The notes beneath the pieces were generated by a model. It did no database searches, was not told where the DNA came from, and saw nothing but the letters and a program-made list of their open reading frames with translations. Below, in pieces: positions 51,485 through 64,000 of a stretch of DNA of 64,000 nt (positions within the stretch are counted from its first letter, which is position 1; each line of letters opens with the position of its first letter). The DNA comes from Haplodiscus bocki (Eukaryota): NCBI GenBank assembly GCA_965655095.1, contig OZ296650.1:106578001-106642000 (forward strand), in the 5' to 3' direction. The position numbers were made by a program, and so were the translations under genes.

Positions 51485-54100
51485 TGTCGTAGGATTCGCC
51501 TAGGCCAAAGACTTGAGTCGTTTGGCTCTGGGGGATCCTAGCTTCAGAATGAGGATCACCTTGAGAGTCGTCCTCATCCGTCAGGATGTCTCCGGAGCAA
51601 ATCTTCACAAGAAACTCTTCAATTCCGGGTCAGAGCACCTAGAATTCGGCTCTCTGACCTACTGAAGTCCTTAGACAACTTCTTGGTTGTTCGGCTTTCC
51701 ATCTCCTGGCAGACTTGGGAAATGTAAACTTTTTGCATTTTGGCAACACTTGTGTTTTGTGGCCGGTTGTTGCTGGGATTTTCGACACAATTCTTCTTGT
51801 TAAGGGCTGAAAGTTTTCCTTTATTTCTCAGGTTTGCCATTGAAATCAGCTGACAGCAGTGAAAACTGATTCATCTTTTTTGATGTTAGGTGAAAATATT
51901 GGGTGCAACAAATGACAAAGAACTAACTCCAGTCAGAAACAGTTAACGTAAAAACTAAGTGTTGTTCAGAACAACAACTAATATTGCAAAAAAATTTCGT
52001 TCGTACAATCGATTTTCATCTTTATACCCCTTCCGTGGCGGGAAGCAAACTTGTTTCTACGCTAAGTCAATGTAAAAATGGGGAAAAGCAGTTTAATCAA
52101 AATATTTACAAGGGAAAAATTCCTACTTTGGCGGGAAATGGACATCTTTCCATCCAATTTTTCCTCAAAGACCGCGTCTAGTCCATCTTTCGACAGAAAA
52201 TATACGGGTTAAATCAGTCAGAATTGAACATCAAAAGGCCCAGTGCCGCGCCAATCTTTTTAACAGAAGTTAAAAACACAAGATCAAAAGGTTTTCCGTA
52301 ATAGGAATAGATTAAGAACTTTATCAAAAATTGTAGAAAATATTATTATAAAGATGCGATCATATGTCATGAACATACATACCTGGTTTCACTGTGCCTC
52401 GTTAAATCATTTTTTCTGGAAAGGAACTTGGCTTGTCCCTAGTTCGATCCTCATTTCTTTTGGCTGGTTCTTAACTTTTGACAAAGCTTTCCGGAACAGC
52501 TACGTAGTCGCCTGTATCACTGCTCGTGGCAGTGCTGCTGGAAAGAATGGAATGAGTGGCTACAGATCCGTTCCGTGTTTGCCAAATGGACAAAGTATTG
52601 TAGCACAGCGGATTGGATAAGACTCTTGTGAAGTCAACAGATTGGTAGCGACGGAACACGTACGGAACAAATTTTCGCTTTTAAAGTCACGCTCTTCATA
52701 TTGCATTTGTTTAGGAAAACTCAGTGACTTTGCCAACCTCAATGTATTCACTGCACTTGTAGATTAAATGGTAGGTTTTCATCAAAAAAACATAAATGAG
52801 TTGTAAACATAGCAACTTCTAGTGAAATATATAGGCAATTAGGACAAAAAGTGAATATCCGTATGTTCCGTAACGGTTCCGTCCCAATCTGGATCAGTGC
52901 ACTGGAATAGCACGCGTACCGTACGACACAGGCCAATTTCCATGAGAACAATTGAACGGAATGAAACGTAGACACTACGTTTATATTATACAAAAACGTT
53001 TCCATGAAATGTTACAAAAACAGCACGTATTAATTACATGAAAAATACAAAAAAAAACTTTTAATTTTGGGTCTATTCAGTCTAACTTCAGTCTGTGGAA
53101 CGGCCTGGGGTGTCTTTTACTTGAGGTAGTGCTTGTCGATAGGCTTCGCAGACATGCTGCGAAAATCCCCCTTTTCTTGAGAAGGACATCCCCATGCTGG
53201 ATTTCTTCTTTTGTTTCCTGGACGGTGGCGGAGGGATGGACTGGAAAGGAGATACTTTCTCCGTAACTCGTCCTCCAAATTGAACGTTCCGGTGTCCCAA
53301 AAAGTCTCCCAGACTTCAGTTGTGCTAATATTACTCGGGGGCGTCGAAAATGGAGACGGGTCCGACTGCTCCGATGATTGGGGCTCTTTCTTTCGTCACA
53401 CTGTCGCTCTGTCGGCTGTACCAACGCCATTGTAGCCGGGATGTTAAATGGGTTAAATGGCAGGTTTATGTCTTTTAGACTGGGCGGTATTATGGGTTCG
53501 TGCCGTCCACATCTGTGTGGCATTGTCGGTTCGTTTGAGTTTTGAATCCGATTCAATAATGACAATGTTCGGCTCCGGAAAACTGATGGATGATATGGTA
53601 ATCATCTCTTTCGTATCTGGTATGGACTCCTGATAATTCCGTTGAGCTGATGACAATCGGGGTGGACTGTGCTCTCCCGATTAACGTTTCACATGAAAAC
53701 GTCTGCATTGCTTGAGTATGGGGTGATTGATCGAAACATACCAGTAATATGAAGAATTGTCATGGTAAACTGATTCGTGAAGATTGACGTTCAAAATCGA
53801 TTGAGTTTTGTGTAAAATAATGATTCGCTTTCATCAAGTAGGATTTTTTGTGATGTTACCGCCTTACGAGTTAGAGTTGACGAAGTTTGGCAAAAGCAGG
53901 TAGAAGTTGTGGTTGATGAGACGTCGTTCTTCCGTGCATCCTTGAAAGTGCATGCTGACGTCATTGCTGGCAGACAAAGAAATCAGGCTTGAAATAAATA
54001 ACTATGAGTTTTAATGAATGAAAATTTGTATCCACCATATAAAAGCCATGCCATTCATCGTATTGTCAACAATGAGTGGTTACGAGGAAGCGGGTGTAAC
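51485..54100 (-). repeat. Putative ~2.6-kb 3' LTR containing short ORFs
   Basis: Begins directly after the PPT (gttacacccg, TG decayed) and ends ..tacgaca. Contains ORF remnants 53077-53656 and 51619-51840 (MANLRNKGKL..). The partner LTR is not in the window. Confidence 0.5.
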
Positions 54101-54112
54101 TTCCCCTTTTTC

Positions 54113-55326
54113 TGAAATCGGTCCAAATGTGGAGGAAGGAGAGTTGGAAATTGATGAAGGAGTTACAGAGGAGGGTGTGTCCCTTGATTCACCATTTGTC
54201 CCTAGCTTGTACATAGCAGAAAAAGAAGGAGGAGAGTGTGTCAGGAGAGCTTTGGAAGTTGGGCGGCGAGGTCAGTGTTGGTTTGGAGCCAGTATGTGAT
54301 GTAGATGATGAGAGCGAGGAGACTTTTGTTGATGTTGTCGGCAATGGACAGAGAGATGAAGGCGCATTTTCTGAGGAATTCACATTCGCGGGTGCCTTAA
54401 TAGGAGCACATTTCGTCTCAGAGACTCTTTTAGAGGCTGTCTTCAGTTCATCCGAACTACCTTTGTGTTGGTCTTCTTTCCTCGTTATCATTAGCTTTTG
54501 TTTGAAGGAGTAAGACAGTGGACATTGTTTTTCTCCAAGAGCTAGTTGGCAGTGCGTGATCAAATATGAAGATGGCATCAAGGGGCTATTGTGTGGTGTT
54601 CGATATTTTTGGTGAGCCTGCTGCTTGCCTTGGAGATGTTGTTGCTTGATTTCCGGGTGATTCCGGCAATGAAATCCAGGCTGGGCGTGCAACATTCTGC
54701 GTCGAGGTGCCCACTGCTTTAAAGAGTCCTTCCATTAATTTTGAGTTAAGTTTGTGAAAGTATTCAAATTTCTCTAACGGAGTTTGGGATGATGGTATAT
54801 GTTTGGCATTTTGATAAAGCTGCTTTAATTTCTCCTGGAGGTGAAAAATGTTCAACCGAAGCCGAAATCCGGAGCCAAACCAGACACCGACGTGCAGTTG
54901 TGACACAACGTTTACAACGAATGCGCTCGCCAGTGGCAGCGGCGAGCACATTCGAGAGTTGTTCGAAGAGGCGTTCGCTAATGGTAAGTATCACCCCAAA
55001 TGCGAATTACTTCTGAAGCGCTCCGTGACTGTTGTTCATTTCTTCGGTTGTTGTTTCGGACCATTTCAGTACTGATCCTGCTGCAACTCCTTATAATGCA
55101 ACAGGATATCAGCTTGTGACCCAGTGCCAGTCCATTTGCGCTGAGGAGAGAGCACAAATCTCGGAGCTTTTAATGAGTAGTATGTTTTGACACAGTAACC
55201 TTCACGTATGTTCCCTGACGTTTGTTCATCGTGGTTGATTGTTTTCAGGACAGGATGACGTTTCGAGCCGTGTTGAGTGCATGGAACAGAGTACGTCATG
55301 TGTTGTGCCCGGGTGAATGGATCCAC
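54113..55326 (-). pseudogene. Extra sense-strand ORF of the Gypsy element, Ser/Thr-rich C-terminus
   Basis: Chain of minus-strand fragments (55066-55326, 54764-54994, 54586-54951, 54189-54695) running up to the PPT. Confidence 0.4.
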
Positions 55327-55379
55327 TCACACTAGCGGTGACAAGACAGAGGGTAGTGAGTCGCACAGAAAAGTCCGTT

Positions 55380-58150
55380 CGCGGCGGACCTACAAGATGA
55401 AGAAAGTCGGGTTGCAGATGAAGTGGGCCGTTTCTTCGTGAATGCGGCAACAGACGCAGCAGGAAAGCTCAGTCATTTCTACTGCCGCATTTGCAGGGAG
55501 GATGGGGTTGACACATGGGGTTCACGAAAGCCTGAGACATTTTGAACGCACGAAACACTTCCCCAGGGACCAACGTCTTCGTACTGAGACCCCAAGGTGG
55601 CTAGTCCTTGACTATGAGGGATACCCCATGACATGGAAGGAGGCAAAGTGGCAGAGGGAACAAAGTCGGAGAGCTTCACAGGTGGCAAATGACAGAGAGT
55701 GCCGATTCACGGAAAACCTCATTTTGGACAGTTCTGGTGCAACCGACGTCAGCCTCCCTGTACTTGCGAAGGTGTCAGGGTTGCCCGAAGGACTGCGTTT
55801 GGGCGGGAGCTAAGAACTTGTCTACCAGCTCTTGTCCCATTTCAGTCTTGTCTCTAGGCAAGTCAATGTTGACGTGACGTGGTCACGGAATGAGACGTTG
55901 GTTAGTGCTTTACTTGTTCCATGTTTTGCATAATTTTCTGGATTGTTTACTGCTGTTTTGTTTTTAGTCAATCGTTCTAAATGGCATGTGTCCGCGTATT
56001 TTGAGCAAAGTTTTCACATGGGTGAAAACTCATGGCTACTGTGGGATTGAGTTCGAGGAGCGGGAGGAGCAGATCTGGGTGTTCATTCATTGCTGGGACA
56101 AAAACCATTTCCCTCGGGTCTGTATGGCAATCCTGAGCCCTTCCAACAGCACTGTGAATGAGGAAGCGATCGTGCTGTGGCGTATCATTGTTGCAATTGG
56201 TCGCAACTTTCGTTCGGTTTTAGTGCAGGGCGGTCCACCTCCGCTTTCGAGGCATATTTCACATATCTGGGTAATGGGTGCCAGCAAAAAGTCCTGGAGG
56301 ATCCGTTCTTTGACTTGCACTTGTTCAAGCGCTTCCGCCATTGAGTTGCATCTGGCGTCTTTGGCACTCTAGACCCAAGTGCATGACGGAGTTCATTGTG
56401 AATGGACTAAAAGGGGCAGAAATTTGCGATTAGATAGATTCCCGTCCAGCATTGAGAAGAGAGATTGTTACCAATAACCCTGTTATGCTGCAGGTTGTGG
56501 AAGTTGTGGCCAATATTGTGGGAGTGTGGCCCTTAATTTTTTTTGAACCTTGAAGCGACGGGACCAAATGATGATAGCGATAGTCTTGTGGTAAGGTTTT
56601 CCCCTTTTTGTTGTATCAATAAAACTTCGGACTCATGTATTTGTATTTGTGATTTTTAGTAAAAGCGGATGGATGGCTACTTCAACCTCCACCAGCTCCC
56701 CGCCTGAAGTTCCATCTGTTCCACATGCTGCTTGAGGTACGTAAGTATATGAGGATGTTTCGGTGTTGTATATTTTGATTACGTTGTTCTTCAAGATCGG
56801 GTCCACAAAATTTCTATGAACACACTTGTTCTGTTCCTCGTTGGTTCCATGTTTACTTTTGATCGTGTTCCACGCATGTTCCATCACTTTTGTGTGACAG
56901 TGGCTTTGTTTCCATGTTTGTGTCATAAGTTGTTGCTTCAGTAGCCGACAATTTTGTCCACCCTCAACCTACAGCCAGTTTTTGGTAATATGCCTTCGGT
57001 GAGGTTGCCCGTTTAGTTTACTATCTACTGCATAAAATAAAAGAAGAGCGGGGTGTTACCATTTGTGGAGCAGTGGAACCAAATATGGCTCCCAACCGTT
57101 TGAAGTTTGCTGCCATCGAAGCGGAGCATTTGTTTTTTGGCACCCGAGTCCTGGTACATCTTGAGAAAGTTGGGAGCTACTACTTGAAGAGCAAGTTGAG
57201 ACGTGACGCCAGGAAGTATCTTGAGACTTCCTGAACTGTGTTTTGTTGACCATTGCCACCGAGTCTGTTACCGGCCATGAGTTTAACTAATTCTGCGCTC
57301 CTGAATCTAATGGCGGGGATGATGATGCCCAGGTGCAGCTGTTCGACAGGTTGCTTGACGGACATTTTGAGAAAAGCTGGGTGAGGCACACTGATGTGGA
57401 GGCTTTCAAATGAGAGTACCAGTCATTTATGCAAGAGTAGAGGCAGCTGGAGTGGAATTCAACGAGGAGGCGCCCTGACGTCGGAAACTTCCTGCTTTTT
57501 GGCTCTTCACAGGTTTGTTTTCGCTTTCGGCACCTTCTGTACAAAGTAAGTATTGTGTCCAAACATGTAGGGTCTATCCTCAATGTTGCTGCTGGCTCAT
57601 TTGTGTTGTGCTTTAGGTCTTTCAACTCACGAAATTATCTATTTGCGTGCCACTGGCGTTTGGAGAGAAGTTCTTTTTAAACCTGGATTGGGTTGCAATC
57701 AAAGAAGTGGAAAACTGTGGTCTCCTGCTTTGTGTACAGGGTTTCGTTAGGAGCCCGCACTTCACGCAACGCAAATTTTTCTGAGAATTTGGGTTTACGA
57801 TGTTCTTTAAAACTGCTGCCGTTTCTGGTAGCATCACGAGCAGCAGTTTATATGCATCAAGGTCTCAGGTGGAGAGTCAGTCATCAAACACTAATATTGC
57901 AGCTTTGAAGCCGTGCCTTGAAAAGGAACTTGATCGGCGTCGTATTGTGAAGGGTGCGAGCGAGGAATGTTATGCCCTGGGTGCTATGTTCCCATCAGTG
58001 CTCTGACTCGCAATTTTTCTGGACCCAGTAGAAAACGTTTATCTCCAGGATAAGGAAAAGAAATTCTCAGTGTCCAGTTATGTTGCTGGTTGCGGCGATG
58101 TTTTGGGGTTTCCAGTTCTCCAGTTGTTTGTTAAAAACCATCTTTAGTTG
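55380..58150 (+). pseudogene. Antisense, intron-containing BED-finger/hAT-transposase-like gene inside the Gypsy element
   Basis: HFYCRIC..THGVHESLRHFERTKH zinc finger; GYCGIEFEE..QIWVFIHCW; GT-AG introns 55901-55967, 56591-56659 and 57546-57616. Confidence 0.55.
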
Positions 58151-58599
58151 AATTTCCAGCTTTTGTTTCTGCCCTGACATGTCAGTCTTCGTCGCTGAAA
58201 AACACGGTGAAGTGGTCCAGACACCCGTTTTCCAAGGGGACAGCCCTAATTGAAATTGTTTTTTTTTCTTCTGAAATATGCCAAACTGCTGCCGTTTTCA
58301 TTTATTTGAATCTGTTTATTCATTGTTATATATTGTATTAGTTGGACAAAAACAATTATGTAGAATGGTCTCATTCCGGCCTGTATATAGATGTTATTTT
58401 AGTAGTAGTGACCGTGTTATTGAAGTAAGTAGAACTGAGTTGTAAGTGAGTTGGTCACGAAGGAGTATCCACAAAAAAGACAGAAAGGTTTTTGAGTTGC
58501 TGCAAAACGGTTCCGAAAGACGTTCCTTGGATTTGTGGAAGGTGTACGTATGCATACCGTGGAACACATTAATATCTGCAGGGAGTTTAATACCTGTTA

Positions 58600-61500
58600 T
58601 TTTCACTATAGTTAGACTTCGGATTGTGACGTAGATCGTTTTTTGTACTGCCGTTTCTGTACTGCAGGGGTTAATAGGAGTAGGACTGGGTTGTTCCGAA
58701 TTCATTTCCGCATCTAGTTCCATAGGGGAACACATATCTTTTCCGTCACACGATCCGTCTGTTGGGGGCATAATTTCTGGGGAGTCTGCTCTTGTGAATC
58801 CTGGTGTGCTAAACGTTTCGTGGGTTGATAAATCAGATGTACTGTGATTTTGGGTGAGCTGGATGCTGCCGCATCGTTATGGTTGCTATAAAAAAGGACT
58901 TTTCCAACTCACACTCCCATGCTCTGCTGAACCCATCATCATGTTTAATGATCAATTCAGGACCAGGTTTCGATTCTCATGCGCGATTTGTAAATCGGGT
59001 ATGGAATGTCGGGATGTGAATTGACGTAGTCTCAGGCAATGAAGCACTTGCGTTTTGTCTGTCCCAAAGTTTCATACAAAAAAAACTGTTTTTTGGTAAA
59101 GCTTCTCCAATAATAGAAGGACCAATCCACTAAATTTCTGCAAAGGGTATTTTCCTTCCTTGATGATTCAATTCGGGTTGTAAGACATACGCATAATCTG
59201 CTTCTTTGAGTTTTGAAATGTCAGCTTTCTTGTCATTATACGCTTTTTATTTGAAGCAATCGTGCATGGCCATTTTGCGAACATTCTAGTAAAGCATTTG
59301 TGTTGGTGCAAAAATATCATGGGAAACCCGTGATTTTGGTGTGGGTGTTTTTTGTGGACTAACACCCATCTCAGAAACTGAGACTTTCCAAGGAATGCAT
59401 CCATGTAACACTTTGCTTGGCTTACAGCCAATACTTGCATGGTGAGACGTGTTGTAATTGAAAACTGCAATACTGATGCATGCTTGTAAGCGACAATAAT
59501 CTTCGTTCACGTGTTTCAACCTTCAATGAAAGTTTGATTGTTTGATTGACGCTTGTGAGCGTTCAAGCATCCCAATTGTTTCCGCTTGCTTCGCTGTGAC
59601 GTGGTTTACAGTAATCCCAAGGACGCCAGACACTTCTTTTATTACATGAGACATAAAAGTTGATAGCTTGTCAGAATTGGTTGTCGTTGGTAAGTAGGCG
59701 TGCTTAGTGATTTTGTTAAATATGAAGTTGGCAAATGTTTTGACGTATTCGTTAGATGTGGGGTAAGCAAAAAAATCTGGAGACCACGTTCATGGCAGTC
59801 ACTATATTTTCAAAGTTACCGGACGGAGGTAAATCAGAACAAAATCAAATTGCAAGGCGGTTTATGGTGCGGTTATGTTTTTTAGGGTTCTTCACGGGTA
59901 GGCGTGTGACTTTGTGGTCAATCCGAGATTTTGTGATGCACGGTTCACAAGACATGACCCATTTCCTGATCAGTTGCGCCATATTTGGTTTTAATACTTT
60001 TCCCTGTGGGCATTTATTGTTTTGTTGATTCTAGGATGTCTACCTAATTCTGCGTGTAGAATCAGGAGTTCTTCATCCACAAACTGCTTTGGAATGAGGA
60101 CTTAGTAGTATCTCACGCGACTAGTTCTCCAGTATTTTTTCCGGAACATTAGTCCATCATTGAGGATTATGCCGTCCTCTTTTGCTCTGTAGTGCTTGTA
60201 TCGTGTCTGTTGTCAGTAGCACTTCATCATAGAGTTGGCCTGAAATTTTCAGTTTCAGATTCGTCAGGCCAGGACTCTGATTCCTTTCGTAGAATAAGAC
60301 GTTGCGCTTCCGTCGACCTCTGTCAATTCTTGTACACTAGTTCTCAATGTCGATGGTTCCTCGTTTGCTACCCAATGTTTTGCATCTTGCCGAAATTGCA
60401 TTTTTTTGTTGAAAGTTCTTGTTCTTTTGACTCGTTCTGTGGTCTGCTTGAGTAAATGGGAATTGTTCTTCATCAGCGGCGTTCGAAGAAGATGTTGTTA
60501 CCTCAATGGTTGTTGTCTGGATGTCTTCCCGGTTTTTGAGACGTATCTTCTTTGTTTTTTTTTCAGCTTCAGTCCAGAGATAGAAACAGCTGTTGTGTTG
60601 ACGTAGCCGGCAATGGGGGCTATTTTCTAACTAAAATGCAACACAAAGTCACATTCATTCCAAAGCGCTTTTGACCTTGATTTCGTGTGGAAGAATCGCG
60701 AGACTGATTTGCTATCTGGCAGAATGAGTGTCGGGTTTATTGCTTCCCACAGAATATGTGCCAACTAATGAAACAAAATGTAAATTGCCAAACATTTTTT
60801 CGAATAGATGGACAGTTCGACCAGTGCTGGGGACGAGATTTCTGATCCGAACGTCACAGGGGCGTACATTTTGCGTTTCGACTTATTTTCTAGTCCGGAT
60901 CATCCTCAATCATGAGGGCACAGGCAGCACCCCTGAAGCTTGCGTTAGCCATCAACACGAGTTGCTTGCCTGGAATGGGTTGCCTCAATGCTATTTCAGA
61001 AGCGTCATAGACCGTTTTATTGCCGGAATCAAAAGTCTTTCTGAGCTCTGACGTGATGTTGATTGGCGCTTCTGCTTTGAGCAGTTTGTAGAACGGGTTG
61101 GGGTTTTCACCTACTCTGGGAATACAAATACTGTAAGAATTCACGACTCCGAGGTAGCGCTGTTACTCCTTTTTCGGTTTGCGGATATGAGTCTTCCAAA
61201 AAAACTGCATTTTCCCGGCTCTTGGTGAGATTCTCTCCGATGAAAGAGTTCTGTCAAGGACTCCAACCTCTGTGATTCCATTCTATTGTCAGTCTCAATA
61301 CTGTTTGGCGAATGTACTTGGAAACTTCACTTATGTTCCTGATGAGGTCCGTAGCATTGTTGGCTGCAATCCCAAGACTGTCCATGTTTTGGGGATATTG
61401 GTAAGCTTTGACAACTGGGTTCAAGTACTCACTCATGATACTTGAAAAGGTAGACAGGGAACTGCTAAGATTTGTGCAAGTCTTTTTTAGTCAAACGCCT

Positions 61501-63200
61501 TGGTAGCAAAATTGAATGCCAGCATTTCAACTGACCATTGATGCGCCACCTGCAAGCAGCTAAAGGCTTGGGAGCAATCCAGGTTGCAGAAGAAAGACAT
61601 CCCTGCCAAGTTTTTTGCTGCGTCTGACAAAATGGTGACTGTGTGGTTGTTGTTTTTGTAGTCATCTGCAATCAGACTGTTGATTTTTCTAAGGTCCACA
61701 GGAAGCCGTAGTTTTCCGTTAGGTTTCCTCTGTGCAAGGATGGGACTCGCGTACTTGGAAGAGCATTGTACTGTATCGATTCCATATTTTTGCATCAGAG
61801 CTACATCAACGATTAAGTCTCCTATCTGGTGGATTGGCAGTCGCACAATTTGATTGTATACAGCTTCGTTGTCTTTCGGGGTGAGTCTCAAACTGTACTC
61901 CGTGTTTATCACAATTTCCTCGCTGTGTATGGCGAAAATATCATAATAGTCAACCAAAATGCCTTCAGCTGTTCCTTGTTTAGCAACTGTAAGTAGCGTA
62001 GCTGTCCAACCAAACCGCTCAAGGACTTTCGTTCTGGATTCTATGTCTTCTTGTGGATTGAGTTTTCCTTCCTCTTTCAGCTCTAGTAATTCTGTGAGGA
62101 TTCGTGTTTGAATTGATGTGTGATCCTCAGCTTTGTCAGGGTTTTCATGTGTCGGAAACTAGAACGAGTTGTTTCGCTGTTCTAGTTTGTTCGTTTCGAG
62201 GACTTCATTCAAGTGAGTAGTCAGATAGGGGTCACCTAGTGGAATCATTCTCAGGTTTGCCATATGCACTGGTTTGTTGAGCTTCGATTGCTCCGGATTG
62301 ACCACGGAGAATTCAGCTATCTGTGTTTTTTTTCTTTATTAGATAAGGTGATTCCGTTGTGTTGATTACTCTGACTGCTATCTTCCTGAAACTTAGTGTC
62401 GACCTTGAATGTGAAATCAGCCAACTTGCTGTTTCCATAAGTTTCTCCAACGGTGTCTCAGTTCATGTTTTCTTCCAATCTGATGGATGATCAACAAATG
62501 CTGTGATTGTTTTGGTTGTCCTAGGTTGTTTAATCGGGGGAGTCTCGGCGAGGACAGCCTGGGGTTTTGCACTCATTTAAGTCCCAGCACTCTTGACTTG
62601 CATTGTAAAATGTGGAAAATGTATGAGACCATGCGTCGTGTCGATGACTACGCTGTTATGTCTCATGAAGTGCAATCCATTATTCAGCCCTGTCAAACTC
62701 TTCATTATGACAAAACGTTCGCAAAGGTATTGGCTCCAATGTCGAATATGAGTGTAGCTGTTGCTTACAGTTTCTCTAACTGGCCATTTGATACTTCTAA
62801 TTGAAGAATGAGAGGGTCATTCGTTTTGAAGGTATTATTCGGGGCTTGTTCTTTTATTCTGTCCAGTTTGTTCTGGGCAATTGCACTGACATATGAACTT
62901 GAATTGACCAAAACGTAGATTTTAAGGCCCTTCTTGAATTCTTGAGGCACACAGGGCCTGTATTTTTTGCGTTTCACGACTACTGTAAAAGTTAGCGGCA
63001 GATACTCATCATAGGTCTGTTCATCTCGCATCAACCTTCTTTCGATGTGTGGAGTTGTTGTTTTGAGAGGGGGATTATAATTCTTGCCGTTAAGAGTACT
63101 TATGATGTGCTTGTCTGCTTCTTGGAGTCGGTAGGACAACTATTGGAGAAGTTGAAGAACGGTACTATTCCATTCTCAGTTTGACTTTGCTGGAAATGGT
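58600..63200 (-). pseudogene. pol: Gypsy pol polyprotein (protease, RT, RNase H, integrase), degraded
   Basis: IYVLVNSSSYVSAI (decayed protease site); SPILAQRKPNGKLRLPVDLRKIN..LDCSQAF (RT); ALRQPIPGKQLVLMANASFRGAACALMIED (RNase H); IGMLERSQASIK (integrase). Confidence 0.92.
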
Positions 63201-63399
63201 CTGCATCAGTTACGGAGTGTTCGAGTTGGATTCTTTTCGGTGGCAACGTTTGGTGGGCTACATCAGTTTGTTGCTTGTTTCCCAGTTCTTGAGTCGTTTG
63301 GTTGGTTTTAATTGCAGAATCATCAGAAAAATTTTTTTTAAAAGATGTTTTTCAGGAGATGTTTCCAGAGATTGCTGGCAGACGACCTAGGAAAAGGGT

Positions 63400-64000
63400 G
63401 GAAGTTTTGTTTTAGTGGTCTCCGGTCTGACACGTGCAGTTCCGGAGTGAAGACGTGACGTTTCTAGTTCAAAGTTCGGGCTGCATCCTGGACATTTTAA
63501 TTCGTGTTGTTTTGTGTGTCCTGCCCTTGGGTTTCATTCTCTCCCATCGGTGTTCTAATCATAAGAGGTGGTGTATTTGCTGCACTGGGTCCAAAAATTT
63601 CTCTGTGGAGTGGTTAGTTTTCCCGCAGGTGTTACAAGGTGGGTAGACAGTTCTGGGCTTGCTGTCATATCGGTTGTTTGCGTTGTGATTGTTACTATCA
63701 CTGGCGTTTTGGTTGCTAGAGTGAGAGTTCGTTTGACCACTTTTGTTTTTTTCCTTAGATTAGCCAGCACTGTTTTTGTTGCGTTCACCTTGGTTTTTCT
63801 CGCGTTTGAGTTGATGGCACTGATTGCGGTAGTGGCCTGTTGTTTTGCAATGGTGACATGTCGGCTGGGTTTTTCCAGGGATTTGTTTTGTATCGTATTG
63901 CCTCATAGTGTTTTTTTGCTTTTCATCTAGTTTAGCTCTAACTCCCTTTTATGATGTTGCACAATCCATTTATAGGTGGCGTTCTCCAAACCCGCTTGGT
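63400..64000 (-). pseudogene. gag: Gypsy gag C-terminal part with zinc knuckle
   Basis: Minus strand reads TCHHCKTTGHYRNQCHQL (CCHC) at ~63810-63865 and a second CNTCGKTNH remnant at ~63610-63640. Confidence 0.8.

Larger units (their letters stand above)
51485..64000 (-). mobile_element. Large degraded Ty3/Gypsy element with extra ORFs (5' end outside window)
   Basis: On the minus strand: gag, then PR-RT-RH-IN, a ~4.5-kb extra region, a PPT (agaaaaaggggaa, 54101-54113) and a long LTR-like block ending in CA at 51485. Confidence 0.8.

Overview
A repeat-saturated eukaryotic (probably invertebrate) scaffold segment with a 200-N assembly gap and no recognisable intact host gene. The main feature is a decayed ~17.1-kb Polinton/Maverick (adintovirus-like endogenous DNA virus) at 1803-18940. 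It has long TIRs containing a ~30-bp tandem array, a 6-bp TSD (ACTACT), a protein-primed PolB with N-terminal C2H2 fingers and an inserted VSR-like nuclease, a packaging ATPase, a retroviral-type integrase and a truncated minor capsid gene. No major capsid or protease gene was seen. Its accessory block is the most interesting part: a signal-peptide EGF-like protein with exact EGFR-ligand cysteine spacing, a small two-helix membrane protein, an acidic KEN-box protein, two tandem PC4/whirly-like proteins, a DEDD/Maelstrom-like nuclease and a PLA2-like ORF. At least nine perfect CArG (SRF) boxes occur in the element, mostly in intergenic DNA and the TIRs. The rest of the window holds three degraded Ty3/Gypsy elements, a double fold-back palindrome, several MITE-like elements and minisatellites. 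One Gypsy element has a ~2.6-kb LTR and carries an antisense, intron-containing BED-finger/hAT-transposase-like gene. All family assignments come from recognising motifs by eye; no database search was run.
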